Source: Eledone cirrhosa (lineage: Eukaryota). Taken from it: a stretch of 64,000 nucleotides of DNA. How positions within the stretch are numbered: the stretch's first letter is position 1; the number at the start of each line of letters is the position of its first letter. The notes beneath the pieces were generated by a model. That model worked only from the letters and a program-made list of their open reading frames with translations, was not told the origin of the DNA and made no database searches. This document shows, piece after piece, positions 1 through 12,750 of this stretch. The stretch lies in contig OZ024745.1 in assembly GCA_964016885.1 (NCBI GenBank), positions 77,438,001 through 77,502,000 of the forward strand. Reading direction: 5' to 3'. The position numbers and the translations under genes were made by a program.

Positions 1-173
1 AGAGGGTCGGACGCCATGCTTTGACGCATAGAGTTATGGCCCTTGCCATTCTGAGTTCAAATCCCGCCAAGGTTAACGTTGCCTTTCATCCTTATGGGGT
101 CGATAAAATAAAGTACCAGTAATGTACTGGGTAATTGCTGGCCTTGTGCTAATAGTAGAAACAATTATTATTA
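1..173 (+). mobile_element. tRNA-derived SINE family 1 (5'-clipped by window edge)
   Basis: B-box-like GAGTTCAAATCCC, core GCCTTTCATCC..GGGGTCGATAAAATAAAGTACCAG and (ATT)n tail; homologous copies at 467, 8507 and 49553. Confidence 0.85.
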
Positions 174-466
174 TGGCTATTTGTGTTAGGATGCACACAT
201 TTCAAATTTCAGATTTTCTCGGTGCTTCTTAATTCAACCATTATTTAATCTTCTAGCTACAGGCTTAAAATACAGGCTTCTAAATAGATGGAATTAGTGG
301 CTAGTGGCTCTTTAGTATAATGGTTAACGTACTTGCCTAGCATCCAAGAGATGTAAGATTCTATTCTTTGAAGGTGTCTCTGCCACTTTTTTCTGTCTCC
401 AGGGGTACTGTACTTGATTTTCTCAACTATTATTTATAGTGATCAACTATTATTATTATGGTTATT

Positions 467-696
467 TAGGGTGATGGATTGGCAGAATCAGTGGAGCATC
501 AGAGAAAATGCTTTGCAGTATTTCGTTATGGCTCTTTACATTCTGAGTTCAAATCCTGCCAAGGTTAGCTTTGCCCTTCGTCCTTACAGGGTCGATTAAA
601 TAAAGCACCAGTAATGCACTGAGGTTGATTTAGTTGACTTTCCCCTTCCCTTCAAATTGCTGGCCTTGTGCCAAATGTAGAAACAATTATTATTAT
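467..696 (+). mobile_element. SINE family 1 copy
   Basis: Same head, core and GTAGAAACAATTATTATTAT tail as 1-173. Confidence 0.8.
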
Positions 697-2739
697 GGTC
701 TTTTGCATTGGGATGCACAAATTTTAAATATATATCATATAATGTTTGATATGCTTTATAATTTACCAACAAAATGAGAAGTTCTAGTGTTGATACACTT
801 TTCAGTGGGTAATTTGTTGGCTTTGTAATTACTGTGAAAAGGCTTCAACTAGGAAATGCTAACTTGACTCATTGAAAGCTTACATCTCTCTTTAGCAACT
901 TATCATATCATTTTCTCTATTGTTTTAAAATATTAACCTTTGAAATATCTAAATAGGATTTTAGATTAATTTTGTGTGTGTGTGTTTCTTGTTGAACTTT
1001 GAGATTAAGTAGTATATATGCTTACAAAATAATTAAATATAATATGTGTCACCATTTAATTTTGTTTAAAATTCCAGATGATTAACATGGATTAGTACGA
1101 AAAAAGTCAGATGGGAGCATGTTAAAAAAATATACCTTATTTAATTCTTAATCAGCTTTCTGATGATGACCCTTCAGAGCTTAAGTTAGCTTTATGTTGA
1201 TTTAGTTCATAATTGTTATCTGTTAGAAACTGTTTAATGACAAGATAAAAAGAAATAAAAAAGGACAGAAACAAAAAACAAAACAATTAAAATCACATAA
1301 TCTCTGATGGATGAAAACCTTAAATGATCTGTAAATGATTATTGTTAGTGTCACACTTAGGTCTTATGTCTTATAAAATAGCACAATGATTAAGGATTAT
1401 TAACATACATAGTCCAATGAAACTTAATGATTTTTTTAAAAAATACAAATTGAAATTTTTAAAAATATTTTTTCTTTAAATGTCAGAATTTTAACTTGGA
1501 ACAAAAATGAAATAAAATAAATCTCTCATTAATTTTTTTTTACATAATTTTTCTCATGTAATGTTTCGTTTTTGTATTCACTGATATTACCACATGATAT
1601 AGACAGTTAAGTTGATATGAAAATCATTTATAAGTTCAAATTCATTGTATTTAGTAAATTGAGTATAATTTAATCATATGTAATTTGCTGTTAGATTCTG
1701 TTTTAATACTGTTGATATCAATCCACCTGAAACTGTCTTTGGTTCTATGATATGTGATTGTATTCATTTATCTAAAAACCCTCCATTATAGTTTTATTTA
1801 AGAGCATTTAAATTAAGTTCCACACAGCTTAATAATGAAAACGTTAGTTATATTACTAAAACTCTCCAAATTATTGATTATTTAAAAAAATCATTTGAGA
1901 CTCATAAGCAGTGTCTTTTGTGAATAGTATAAGGCAGTGTTCATTGTGTGTTTGTATTTTTAACTGATGCTAGTAAAGAGAAACTAGCCAGACAAACATT
2001 TTGCCATCTTGTCTATTTTTGCATGCTAGTCTGTTAAACCACACTTGGCATTTTCTCAACTAAACCTAAAGTTAGCTTGAACACCTTAGATTTGTTGGAT
2101 CAGGGCTGATCTGGGACTAAACAGTAACAACACTTAACCTCCACTAATATCACATTTGGTTTTCAATTCATAATTCACTCAGCTCTCTGCAGCCTGAAGT
2201 TAATGTTTATAACAGCAGACATATATCATTGATGCAGGCATGACTGTATGTTTAAAACGTTTATTTTGCAGCCATGTGGTATTGGGTTCAGTTCCACTGC
2301 ATGGCAGTATTGGCAAGTGTCTTCTACTATTGCCTTGGGCTTCTACTTTTGCCTAAGTAGCAAAAGCTGTCATTAACTTCTATGGAACTCCTCTGGCAAC
2401 TGAGAGAATCTATTTCATGTGTTCTTTTTGTGCTTGCTTTCCCTGTGCATCTGCCTCATATAAAGTCTATCTTTTCCATTAGTCTACCTGCACTCCCACT
2501 ACATTTTTTGTGTGTCCATAGTCTACATTGAGTGCACCTTATGGAATTTCTGCCGACTCTTTTCTGACATATCAAACAAGGCCACTTTTCTGATGGTATC
2601 ACTATCCTTTTTTATTTTCTACTTATTAAAACTTTCATCTTTGTTAAATTTACTTATAGGTGCCTCAGCTTTTTCTTCTATGCTTGAAATTTTGCTTCTA
2701 ACTCTCTTATGGATTCAGCTATGAGGACTGGGTCTTGAG

Positions 2740-3110
2740 CATATAGGAGCTCCAATGGAGTGCTAGTTTTAAATTCCTCAGTGATGGCCTGAATCACAAT
2801 GATAAACAGGAGTGATCCCTGGTCAAAACCTGCACTTCAAATTCATCACTGTACTTATTGCCAACTCTCACTATGCTGGTTGCTCCTCTATACATGGCCA
2901 GCATGGCCCTCACAAGCCATTCATCTACACCTAGCTTCCTAAGTGCCCTCCAGATTATAGACTGTGGGAACCTGTCAAAGGGCTTCTCCAGATCAACAAA
3001 TGCTAGATATAGTGCCTTACTCTTAGCTAAATACCTCTCACTGTCTGATCAGTGAGAACTGTATCTCATCTCACTTGATTCCATTCCTAATTTGCAATGC
3101 ATAACTTGGT
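2740..3110 (-). pseudogene. Decayed RTE LINE reverse-transcriptase fragment
   Basis: Minus strand reads like ..YLAKSKALYLAFVDLEKPFDR..WRALRKLGVDEWLVRA.., matching the RTE copies at 25077 and 43790. Confidence 0.8.
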
Positions 3111-3393
3111 CCATCACACACCCACAGACACTAGTGTGTCTGCATTGTCAAAACTGATGGTCCACATATAGTATTAAAAATTATTCATATGCATGACTTA
3201 TGCTGAGGAATTGAAAAAGGTCTATGGAGTTTAAAACCCATGATATAATTACTTTGGTTTAAATGGCAATGAAATAGTTGTAGTGAATTCACCCCAGTCA
3301 TTTAATTGCTTTAACAAGTTGTACCAGAATTGAAATGAATAGTGTAAACTAATAGATATATATATTTTGTATTCAACACTGTTTTATATTTAA

Positions 3394-4029
3394 CTAGCAG
3401 TGGTACCCGGCGTTGCACGGGATAAGGTATTTTGGAACGCGGGCCGCCAACAGACCTAATCGTGGAAAAACTGCATGTCTGGACAATATGTAAAGAAAAT
3501 AAACCAAATACTCTGATGGCTAGATAATCTTTAAGATTTTCTTCGATGAAGCAGGAAAAATGTAGGTTTTCACCTAATGCGGGCCCTAGGGGATCAAGAA
3601 AATGAATTTTTTTTATGTGCATAATATGCCTTGAAATTTCAGGAAAATCGGCTAGACGTAACGCCTCAAAAAAGCTGAAAAAATGAAGTTTTTCATCTAA
3701 TGCGGGCCCTAGGCCATAACAAAGTTGGATTTTCTTTGCTCACAGTATGAAGAAGAGACTGATTAATACATAGTTAGAATTTCAAGGAAACAGGTCTGAT
3801 GTAACGCCTCAAAAAACCCTTAAAAAGCTGAAAAAAACGCAGTTTTCACCTAATGCAGGCCCCAGGGGATCAGAAAGTTGAATTTTTTAATGTGCATAAC
3901 ACTCCCTGAAACATAAGTAATACACATGTAAAGTTTGAAAAAAATCGGTTGGGTACTTCTCGAGTTTTAGGGATTCAAACTCACAGACACACACACACAG
4001 ACAGACATCCTCAGTTTTATATATATAGA
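3394..4029 (-). mobile_element. Non-autonomous Helitron
   Basis: Minus strand starts 5'-TC (4029) and ends CCCGTGCAACGCCGGG hairpin + CTAG-3' (3394); inserted between A and T with no TSD; internal (GACA/CA) microsatellite and three subrepeats (TTTTCACCTAATGCGGGCCC). Confidence 0.8.
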
Positions 4030-4920
4030 TATCTATTTAACAAGAGAAAGAAAGAATATATCTTAGTAACTAATACGAACAATTTCCTACCTTGCATTTA
4101 ATATTGAGCAAAATTCAAGTTTTATATTATTATGTTTGATATTCTTCAAAATGTTTTAATATGAAATATTTTATAAATTGCAAATTCATTTTTGAAAATA
4201 GAGAAATCTGTTTTATTAGGATATTTATTGAAATTGTAAAAATTTACCTTAAACTCTGGTTGTATTTATGAGTCCTATTAATGAAAGATGAATTTTTTAT
4301 AGCACCATTTTTATGTTGTAAATCTGAATGTAAATTTTACTTCTATGAAGTAGCTTTCTTTGGTGTTTAGAAGTGAAACTAGTTCTATACCATGTTGGTA
4401 CTACAACTGCTCAGCTGATAATATAATGATCATGAAGAAAAACTAAGAGTGTATCTATATCTCCAGTGGATTAAGGGCATTTTGAAAGATAGTTTATCTA
4501 TAAATATTTTTTTTACGTCATTTTTATGAGGCTTTATGCATGGAAATGACTAGTAAATCATTTAAAGATGTTAATTTATTTAGGATGAATTGCAAGCAAA
4601 AATAACTAAAAAATATTTTCCAAATCTGTCAGATCTGCTTTATCTCATGCAACTATAGAACTTTCAATTGATATTTTGTTGTGTGTGTGTGTGATGTCAT
4701 CATCATCATCGTTCAACGCCCATCTTCCATGCTAGCATGGGTCTGGACGGATGTATGTGTGAATAATCATAAAACCTACCATGTTATGCCATCTGATAAA
4801 CAACTCTATGTCATGAAATTTCAAGTTTTGAAAAAATAGCCAACTTTAACAATAATATATATTTATATAAATATGCAAAACAATATTGTCTCTGAATGAG
4901 ATGAAGTGAGAGTGAATATA

Positions 4921-5005
4921 TATAAAAATGAGAAAACTCACCTGTCAAAGACAGTATTTAGCTGTTTTAGCAGCTGTTCTAGTGGTGAGTTCTCTCATTT
5001 TTATA
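4921..5005. repeat. Micro fold-back in TA tract
   Basis: AAAATGAGAAAACTCACC ... GGTGAGTTCTCTCATTTT inverted pair. Confidence 0.6.
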
Positions 5006-5072
5006 TATATGTATATATATACACACACACCATATATGTCAGCGTGGTAATTCCTGGAGTATTTATATAGAA

Positions 5073-5218
5073 ATTAATAAATTACATTAATACACCAAAT
5101 TCCATAATTGAAGGACCAATATTTATCATATGACTTATAGAGATGTTGCCCGATAAGTTACATAATAAATATTGATCCTTCAATCATGGAATTTGGTGTA
5201 TTCATGTAATATATTAAT
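5073..5218. repeat. Fold-back hairpin (about 65-bp arms) with left unpaired tail; PLE-like remnant
   Basis: TACACCAAATTCCAT..TTGAAGG / CCTTCAA..ATGGAATTTGGTGTA inverted arms ending in (TA)n. Confidence 0.7.
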
Positions 5219-5285
5219 ATATATATATATATATATATCACATAAGAAACGAAGAATCAATGGTGTGACGAATAAAACTTATTAG

Positions 5286-5375
5286 ACATTTACAATCGTT
5301 TCTCTGGCAACCAGCTCGAGGCACGATCGATGCAATGATCAAACCTGACTCTGAAACCGCAATCCTCAGATACGT
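5286..5375 (-). ncRNA. Degenerate type I hammerhead ribozyme motif in PLE-like 3' end remnant
   Basis: Minus strand CUGAGGA - long stem II - GAAAC GAUU GUA, followed by AATAAA; stem I imperfect. Confidence 0.5.
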
Positions 5376-5404
5376 CTCGATTCTTCGAAGCAGAGTTTCC
5401 AATT

Positions 5405-5555
5405 TTATATCATCATTTCATTTTACATCCGCTTTTCCCTGCTAGCAAGGGTGGGACGGGAACTGATTCTGGCTTGATTTCTACAGCTGGATGCCCTTCC
5501 TAACACCAACCTCATTTACAGTGAGTGCTGGGTGCTTTTATGCCGTGGCACCTCC
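5405..5555 (-). mobile_element. SINE family 2 3' fragment (RTE-type tail)
   Basis: Near-identical to the 3' half of 21588-21900. Confidence 0.8.
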
Positions 5556-6144
5556 AATTCTAATAATAATAATTCACACAATTTATCACAAATAATTAAA
5601 TAAACGTTATTATCGAATAAAGATACCTACACTATAGTTGTTATACCACCAGACAACAAACTCAAATGAAAATACTCTGGGGAGGAGGGAACGAAGTAAT
5701 TTTTCCTAGGACAGCTTTACCTTGTGCCAGGGGGCACAGGTAAGGTCTGGCAAACGAAGACGACAATAATTCACGAGTGATTTTATTGAATGACAATATG
5801 GGTATAAAAGTGAGTCATGCGAACCGTAAGGTAGTATACCTTCCAGTCGCTGACGAAAAGGCATATTTCCAGCCAACATTTGTGTTTGTTGACTGGAACA
5901 AAAACACATACATGAAATCACAGGAAATAATAATACAGGTGATATAAGGCTTGGCGGAAAGCCCAGAAAAAGATGGATAAGAGGAAATAATAATAAATGG
6001 AAAATATAATAAGGTTACAATGGTATCTGTAAATATATACGGTATGAACAGCGATTTGTGATGGGCATCAGGTCGGCACAAACTTGAAGTGAACTACTGT
6101 ATCTGTATTCGGTACTAATTAGATAATTAGTGTCCAGTGTAAGA

Positions 6145-6212
6145 TGGCGGGCCGGACAAAAATCACTCGAGGGCCAGATGTGGCCCGCGAGCCGGGAGGT
6201 TGCCGACCCCTG
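6145..6212. mobile_element. hAT-like MITE terminal fragment
   Basis: GGGCCAGATGTGGCCCGCGAGCCG..GTTGCCGACCCCTG resembles the CAGGGGTCGGCAAC TIR of hAT/Charlie MITEs; no partner TIR found. Confidence 0.55.
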
Positions 6213-6263
6213 GTATAGACAGATCATAAATCTTTCTCTAATGAAGATTGAACCACTCAACAT

Positions 6264-6650
6264 GGACTAGAGATTAGTGACATTAGAGTAAGATCTAGAT
6301 GGATAGATACCGAGATACAAAACAATTTGTAGAAAGAAATTGTTAAAGCTGAAAGATCTCTTGACCAGAAATAGATTTGACAAATTACTTGTTGACAGTG
6401 TATTTGAAGGAGATGATGGAGACCTATAACATAAAAGACAAATAAGATTTTCTATGAGACAATCTGTTTTGTGTCACCCACAAGGTCTATGGATAGAGGC
6501 AGTAGGTGAATGACATGGTAGTGAATTGATATGGCAGATAGAGCCATAACAGCTAGGAGACTGGTCTGAAAAAATAGAAGGGGAAGCAAAGAACAATATC
6601 AACTTGGTTGAAGAGATGCTAAACATCAGGTATATTTAGAAAGGAAAGAA
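6264..6650 (-). pseudogene. Decayed LINE APE endonuclease-like fragment
   Basis: Minus strand contains YRSPSS and LDL-like motifs among stops. Confidence 0.35.
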
Positions 6651-6769
6651 GTGTAAAGTAAGAGTTTTACAAATGTTCTTCAATATGAAAATTTGAGATA
6701 TTAGGTATTCCAAATTGTAAAGCAATATGTCAGTATGAATTAGGATGTTATTGGTGGAAAATCTGTGTA

Positions 6770-7030
6770 CAATAACAGTGGCACAATCACTATTATTGGT
6801 GTCAAAAAGAGAGAAGCATGGAAATATTACTTTGAAGGATTGCTGAATTAAGAGAATGCATGAGAGAGAGGGGGACCAGACAAAACAGACAAATGAAATT
6901 GAAACCTACATAGTTTAAATGGTCATAAATGATATGAAAGCTTGGAAGGAATAGATATTAGGATGCTGAAAATATCCAAAATAGTGTGTGACACAAGTTC
7001 ATAAGAAAGGGTTATTCCCAATAACTTGCA
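6770..7030 (+). pseudogene. Decayed RTE LINE fragment
   Basis: KREAWKYYFEGLLN*EN, similar to KKVAWKCHYERLLNEEN of the RTE at 44789. Confidence 0.6.
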
Positions 7031-7259
7031 TAATACTATTAGAATTCAAGACTTACATGAAAAATAATGAATAAATAACATATGTAGGTTGTATGGTTAT
7101 AAGGCAGACATACCCAATGTGTAGCAGTTTTAAATGATTGATGTAAAAGTACTAATCATCATAAAACTACCTTGAATCGAAGAAGTAAGTTTGAGTTAAA
7201 ATATAGCATTTAGAAATTCTGTAGATTTAATTTGATTGGAATTCTATTATATTTTTCAG

Positions 7260-7304
7260 AATTGCAGTGGATTGGAAGCATTTTTTCTTGGAATCTACAA
7301 TTTG
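7260..7304 (+). CDS. Candidate 45-nt host micro-exon, product unknown
   Basis: ATTTTTCAG acceptor and TTG|GTAAGT donor; 45 nt, open in all three frames (e.g. LQWIGSIFSWNLQF); unique non-repeat context. Confidence 0.45.
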
Positions 7305-8506
7305 GTAAGTAATTTTTTCATACCATATTCTATATGTCTCCTTTGTATTCTGAATCTTTTAGTCAAAAGATAATTTATTGAAAAAATAAAATATATATAT
7401 ATATAAGGTTTGTATGTTAGTAAGTGAAGTAATTTATGATGTGTGAAGCTAAATCACATGTATCCAGTTACTATTTTTTTCGCACCAATTGGTTGAGAAG
7501 CTTAATATCTCTTGTGTACATTGGCTTCTTTATATTCTGGCAGAGAAAATGAAAACTATTTCTACTCTTGTAGGTCTTACTGAAATGAGAAAAATATTTT
7601 AGAGGGTAATTATAAAATATTATTACCAAAAATGCAGTATAAGTAAATCCAAATACCTGGTCTTCAGCAACACTACCGTGTTAATGATATACATTTTTCA
7701 CATAAAGAGACTGGAATTTATGACATTTAGATTTTTTTTATAAATTTGTAAATAAATTACAATTGTAATTAACTGAGTTGATCTGATATCAGAATCTCAG
7801 TCAAAATGTTGTCAGTTTATATATTTACTAGTTTTAACCCCTGCAAAGTGATGTAATATTCACTAGTCCTGTAAATGAGTACAATTAAGTCTTCCAGTTC
7901 ACAGCTATCTATATGTAGCAGTAATATTGTCATTATCATCATCATTATCATCGTCATCATCATCATCATTTAATGTCCATTTTCCCTGCTAGCAAGGGTG
8001 GTACCATCACAGATGAGTCAGTATTCAGGCAAAGCCTATGATCTCCAGGTGGAGTAGGAGCTTGACATACAATACTGAGTGCATTTTATTGTGACACCAG
8101 CATTAGGGAAGTTGTCATGTCTTTGACATAGCTGAAGAGTCTTCCCGACCCTCTGTTTAGCAGGCTTTCACTGACTGGTTGCCCTTCTTATCATCACCCA
8201 CTTTACAGAGTGTATGTGGTACGTTTATTTTGTAGATCACCAATACTTGAGAGATTTTCAGGTTTATGACACAACTGAAGTGTCCTCTGAACTCTTTATT
8301 AAGTAAGTTTTCAATGACTTGATGCCCTTCCTCTCACCAACCACTTTACAGAGTTTACTGGTGCACTTATCATGTAGATCTCTAACTCTAGAGATGTTGT
8401 TATGCCCTCTAAAAATCCCCTTGACAATTGTTCTGATATCAAAACCTACTGTAGATTGGAGAAATAACATGAGTAATGTTTCTGTGAGTAAATCCTATTC
8501 AAATAT

Positions 8507-8686
8507 TTGTTTCTACTTTAGGCACAAGGCCAGCAATTACCCAGTTCATTACTGGTACTTTATTTTATCGACCCCGTAAGGATGAAAGGCAAAGTCAACC
8601 TCGGCGGGATTTGAACTCAGATCGTAAAGGGACGTAACTATGCTGGAAAGCATGGCGTCCGACCCTCTACCGATATTGCCAATCCA
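8507..8686 (-). mobile_element. SINE family 1 copy
   Basis: Reverse complement of the 1-173 / 49553 family. Confidence 0.8.
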
Positions 8687-9394
8687 AATGTTATTATGCC
8701 TTTAGACTTTGGAAACTGAGATAAATTCTAGTAGTGGTGGATTATTGACAGAAATAATTTGGTTTTCTAACCAACTTCATATGAATTGCTTGGTTCAGTA
8801 ACTAGATATGTGTATGGCCCCTGTCTCAGTGAAAGTTGAATTGAAGAGATGGTCATTTTTTAACTATGTTGTTCACTGTATTACTGGATTTTTTTGTTGA
8901 ACTTATAAAGAAAACTTTGCTTGGATTTGAACTAAAAAATTCTTAGTCAGTAAACTGTTTGTCAATCATATAATCTAAGTTAGTATTCTACTACTGTTTC
9001 AGTTGTGCCCTAAGTTTGATTGAATGCTGTTCTATGTTGGTATGTTCCTACCCAGAATCATCCTGTGTTTTTTTTGTTTTTTTTTGTTAGGCATATTGGT
9101 TAGCATTTGGAAAATGTAACTGTAAACTAAACACAAAATAAGTTTTTAAAATAGAGATTTGACAATTTACATAGCAATGCACTTTGCTATTTTATTATGT
9201 TGTTGTTTAGCCTCTGTTCAACCTCGACTAAGCATACCTAACCCATGACTATCCCATCATTTTAGAAGTATATAGGACTACATTATCTAATATGTACTTC
9301 TTTTTATTATGATATGGTGTGATTTGAGGAAAATTTATCTGTTATTTCATGCAAATTGAATGACTGTGGTAAGGTGCTGCTGGTAACAGCTTTT

Positions 9395-9423
9395 TCATCA
9401 TCACCACCATCATCATCATCATC

Positions 9424-9479
<56 letters not shown>
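9395..9479. repeat. (CAT)n microsatellite, tail of an RTE-type 3' end
   Basis: Long CAT run followed by TTTTACATCCACTTTCCATGCTGGCATG. Confidence 0.85.
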
Positions 9480-12400
9480 TTTACATCCACTTTCCATGCT
9501 GGCATGCTATTGCTATGTGTCACTGGTGAAGATACTTAACTCTCAATATGCCACCTAATTCTTAATAGGTACTGTGGGGAGCTGCAGTTGAGATAATTTA
9601 TTACTGATAAGCATTTCATTAGTATTTCGTGAATATTTCATTAGATTGTTGTGCTGAAAGTAAATTCTATAATAAACTGGCATTTGTTCCTATGAAGTTA
9701 GTGAGATACCTCTCAACTGCTTAATACTTCATCTACTGTGAAATATATCTTTCAGAGACTGATAAAGTAAATAAGAATTTATAGTGAAAAATCCTGTGTA
9801 AATTCAGTTGAATGAACGGTCTACTCCAACCTAATTATTGCTACAAGCATTTTCTATTCTATGAATGTGTAGATTGAGCCACAAGATATTGATGAACTAA
9901 CTGGTTCATAAGTATATTGTCTGCCAAGAAGAGTTATTTTATCTATTATTTATTTAATTACCAAATTATAAATTAATTATTTAATTTGTTTTCGTGGAAT
10001 ATTTTTTATAGTCATCTATCATGATGTTAAAACATTATTTTTTTTATTTAACACATATATTCTGTGTATTTAGTACTTTACTTTGAAACAATATATATAT
10101 TGATAATAAGCTTCAGTCAATTTAATAAGTTAAATCAAAAGGAATTGCTTTTTATTTCATTGTATTTTTAATCTTTGATATTCATTATTATTTAAAAAGC
10201 AGTGATGTGGCATAAAATATAGAGTGCTGTACTAAAAACTATTTGTCTCTCTATGTTCCAAGCTCAAATCCCACTAATATTAACTTTATCTTCTGTCTTT
10301 CTGAGACTGATAAAATATAATTTATAGTCAAGTACTGTGGTTAATTTTGTCAAGTATACTTCCCCTCAATGTATGTCCTTGTTCTAATGTTAGAAATTAT
10401 GTTAAATTATTAACGGGCATAGTGCCTCTTTAGGTTGATGACATGGCAGAAACAGTGTAGTGTTTAAGCTCATTGCTGTATGTTCTGAATTCAAATCTTG
10501 TCAATGTTAACTTCACCTTTCATTATAAAATAAATACCTGTTATATATTGGGATTGATTCAGTCAACTATACTCCCTTATCCACAAACTGTAGCCTTATG
10601 TTGAAATGAGAAATTATTGAAGCATAATGATTAGAAAATAAAACATGGTGGCTGTGAAACAATTTTTGACTACTGATTACATATATGGTCACGAGTTTAA
10701 AGCAGACTCTACTTATTGTGTTGTACACAATATTTCATTATTATTATTAATAGACATGGTACAAAACATGGCTTGTTTCAATCTGACTGACTGAAAACAA
10801 GTGGCATGTCTATTTTATGTCTGTGTAGTTAGAAGTAAGATAAGAAAAGCATGTTTTTGTAAAAACAACTGCATCTTATAATTGCCCAAATTTGCCATTG
10901 GATATCCCCTTCATGCAAGTATTGAATATTTTGTAAAGTTTTTTTTTTTAAATTATCATCAAAAGGCTTTAAATTAGCTATAGGTAAACTAATTCTATCC
11001 TCACAACTTTCTTTTGCAATTCTGACTACACATTTTCATTTTAATTTCAAGAGTTAGATGAAATCACAAATTTAGACAATAAGGATTTTGAAATTTATTA
11101 GTTTTTCTCCTAACCAGTTTATTTAAACTAAGTAAGGAGCATATAGTAAGATTGAAATTAAGAATATCTTTTGCTTGATGCAAAGACTACTACAACATAT
11201 ATTAACTATTATATTAAATAAAATCATGGATATAACCTCTTAAGATGGAAAAAAGGATTTTCCTTGGTGTAGTGATAACATGCTTTTCTGGCACATGAGA
11301 GTGTCATGGTTCAATTTCTGCAAGTGATTCTGTTCACTTTTTTCATCGCAAGGGGTTAATATATATTGTAGTGACCTTTCCATCAAGCAGAATACACTCG
11401 TAAATTAATGTTGTTATTCATTACAGCATTATCCTAAGAATGAAATGCTTCCACCCTAGTTTTTAATGATTATGTTAAGTTAAAAAATAAGTTTATTGAA
11501 ACTGAGTTAAAAACAAAAAATTGAAAGAAGTTGGTAATCTAGTGTAAATATAAAGGAAGCTAAATGTAAAACTAAGACAAGATAATATCTAGATATAAGA
11601 AACATTTACTGTATCAATTAGAAAAAAACTGTTTCAGTTTGATGAGAGTAAAGGTAATGATTTTGGTTAAAAAATGTGTTATAGACTCACTTAGGAATGC
11701 CTTGGAAAATTTCAACACCTCTCAAGTGTTGGTACCTCAATGAAAGACATCCAACTGTACATTTATGTTTGTCTTAGTCTCCTTATCTACTTCTGTCATC
11801 ACTTGTGATCAAGTTTGCCTCAGAACATGGTTAGTCCCTTGTGTCCCCTTTAACCACCACACTCCTTCTAATTTCAGTCTTGATCATGCTTGCTTTGGAA
11901 CAAAGCAACCTTTCTAGTGTTGTTGCCATTATAAAAGGCAACCACTACTACACTTTGTAAAATGGTTGGCATTGGAACAGTAACAACATAGATTAGAAAG
12001 GACTCTTCAGTTGCATCAAGAATATAACATCCTCTCTAGTGCTGGTGCTATGATAAAATGCATCCAGTACACTTTGCAAAGTGGCTAGCCTTAAAAAGTT
12101 AGAAATGATGCCAAAATAGAGTGCATTTAGTGAGATATGGTCTCCAACCTATCTAGGACAGGAGCTCTTAATAAATACTGACTTGATCTGCAACAATGCA
12201 TTCTAGCCATGCCAGCATGGAAAAATGAATGTAAAATGATGATCATAGTGTAATCTGTTTGTATTGAGGGTAATTCAGCCAAATATAGCTTACAATTTTC
12301 CATACTATTAACTAGGAATAAACTCACAGGCTGTTAGATAAAAGTAGTCGACACTTATCTCAAATTTTTTTTTTCTTTTCATATTCTGGTGTAAAATAAA

Positions 12401-12624
12401 AATGTTTTGCACTACTGTTTAATAATGACTTAGAGAGGAATAAACATGTTATTGCCCAGAATTTGACAAAAATAATGAAATTTATTGTGTACAGTGCTCA
12501 GGTACACAACAACTCATCAAAAGTGCATGTATAGTACATAGAATAATTTACAAATGTCAGAAAAGAGAACAGTGTATGAATCATGATATACACACAGACA
12601 CGTGTGTGTATGTATGGAGGGGGG

Positions 12625-12750
12625 ATATCAGGTGTAGTGTTGGTGAATTTCGGGAAGTATGGAAGTTTTGAAGGAGGCAGTGTCCCAACAGCTAACAACT
12701 GCAGGTATTTTGTTCCATGCTTCAGCAAATCTGAGCATAAAAAAAAAATA
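12625..12750 (-). pseudogene. CR1/L2-like LINE 3' end fragment
   Basis: RFAEAWNKIPAVVSCWDTASFK matches the WNxLP..SFK C-terminal motif. Confidence 0.55.

Noticed and set aside
12625-12735. Minus-strand terminal exon after a T-rich CAG
   Set aside because: The peptide matches the CR1/L2 C-terminal WNxxP..SFK motif, so it is a LINE remnant
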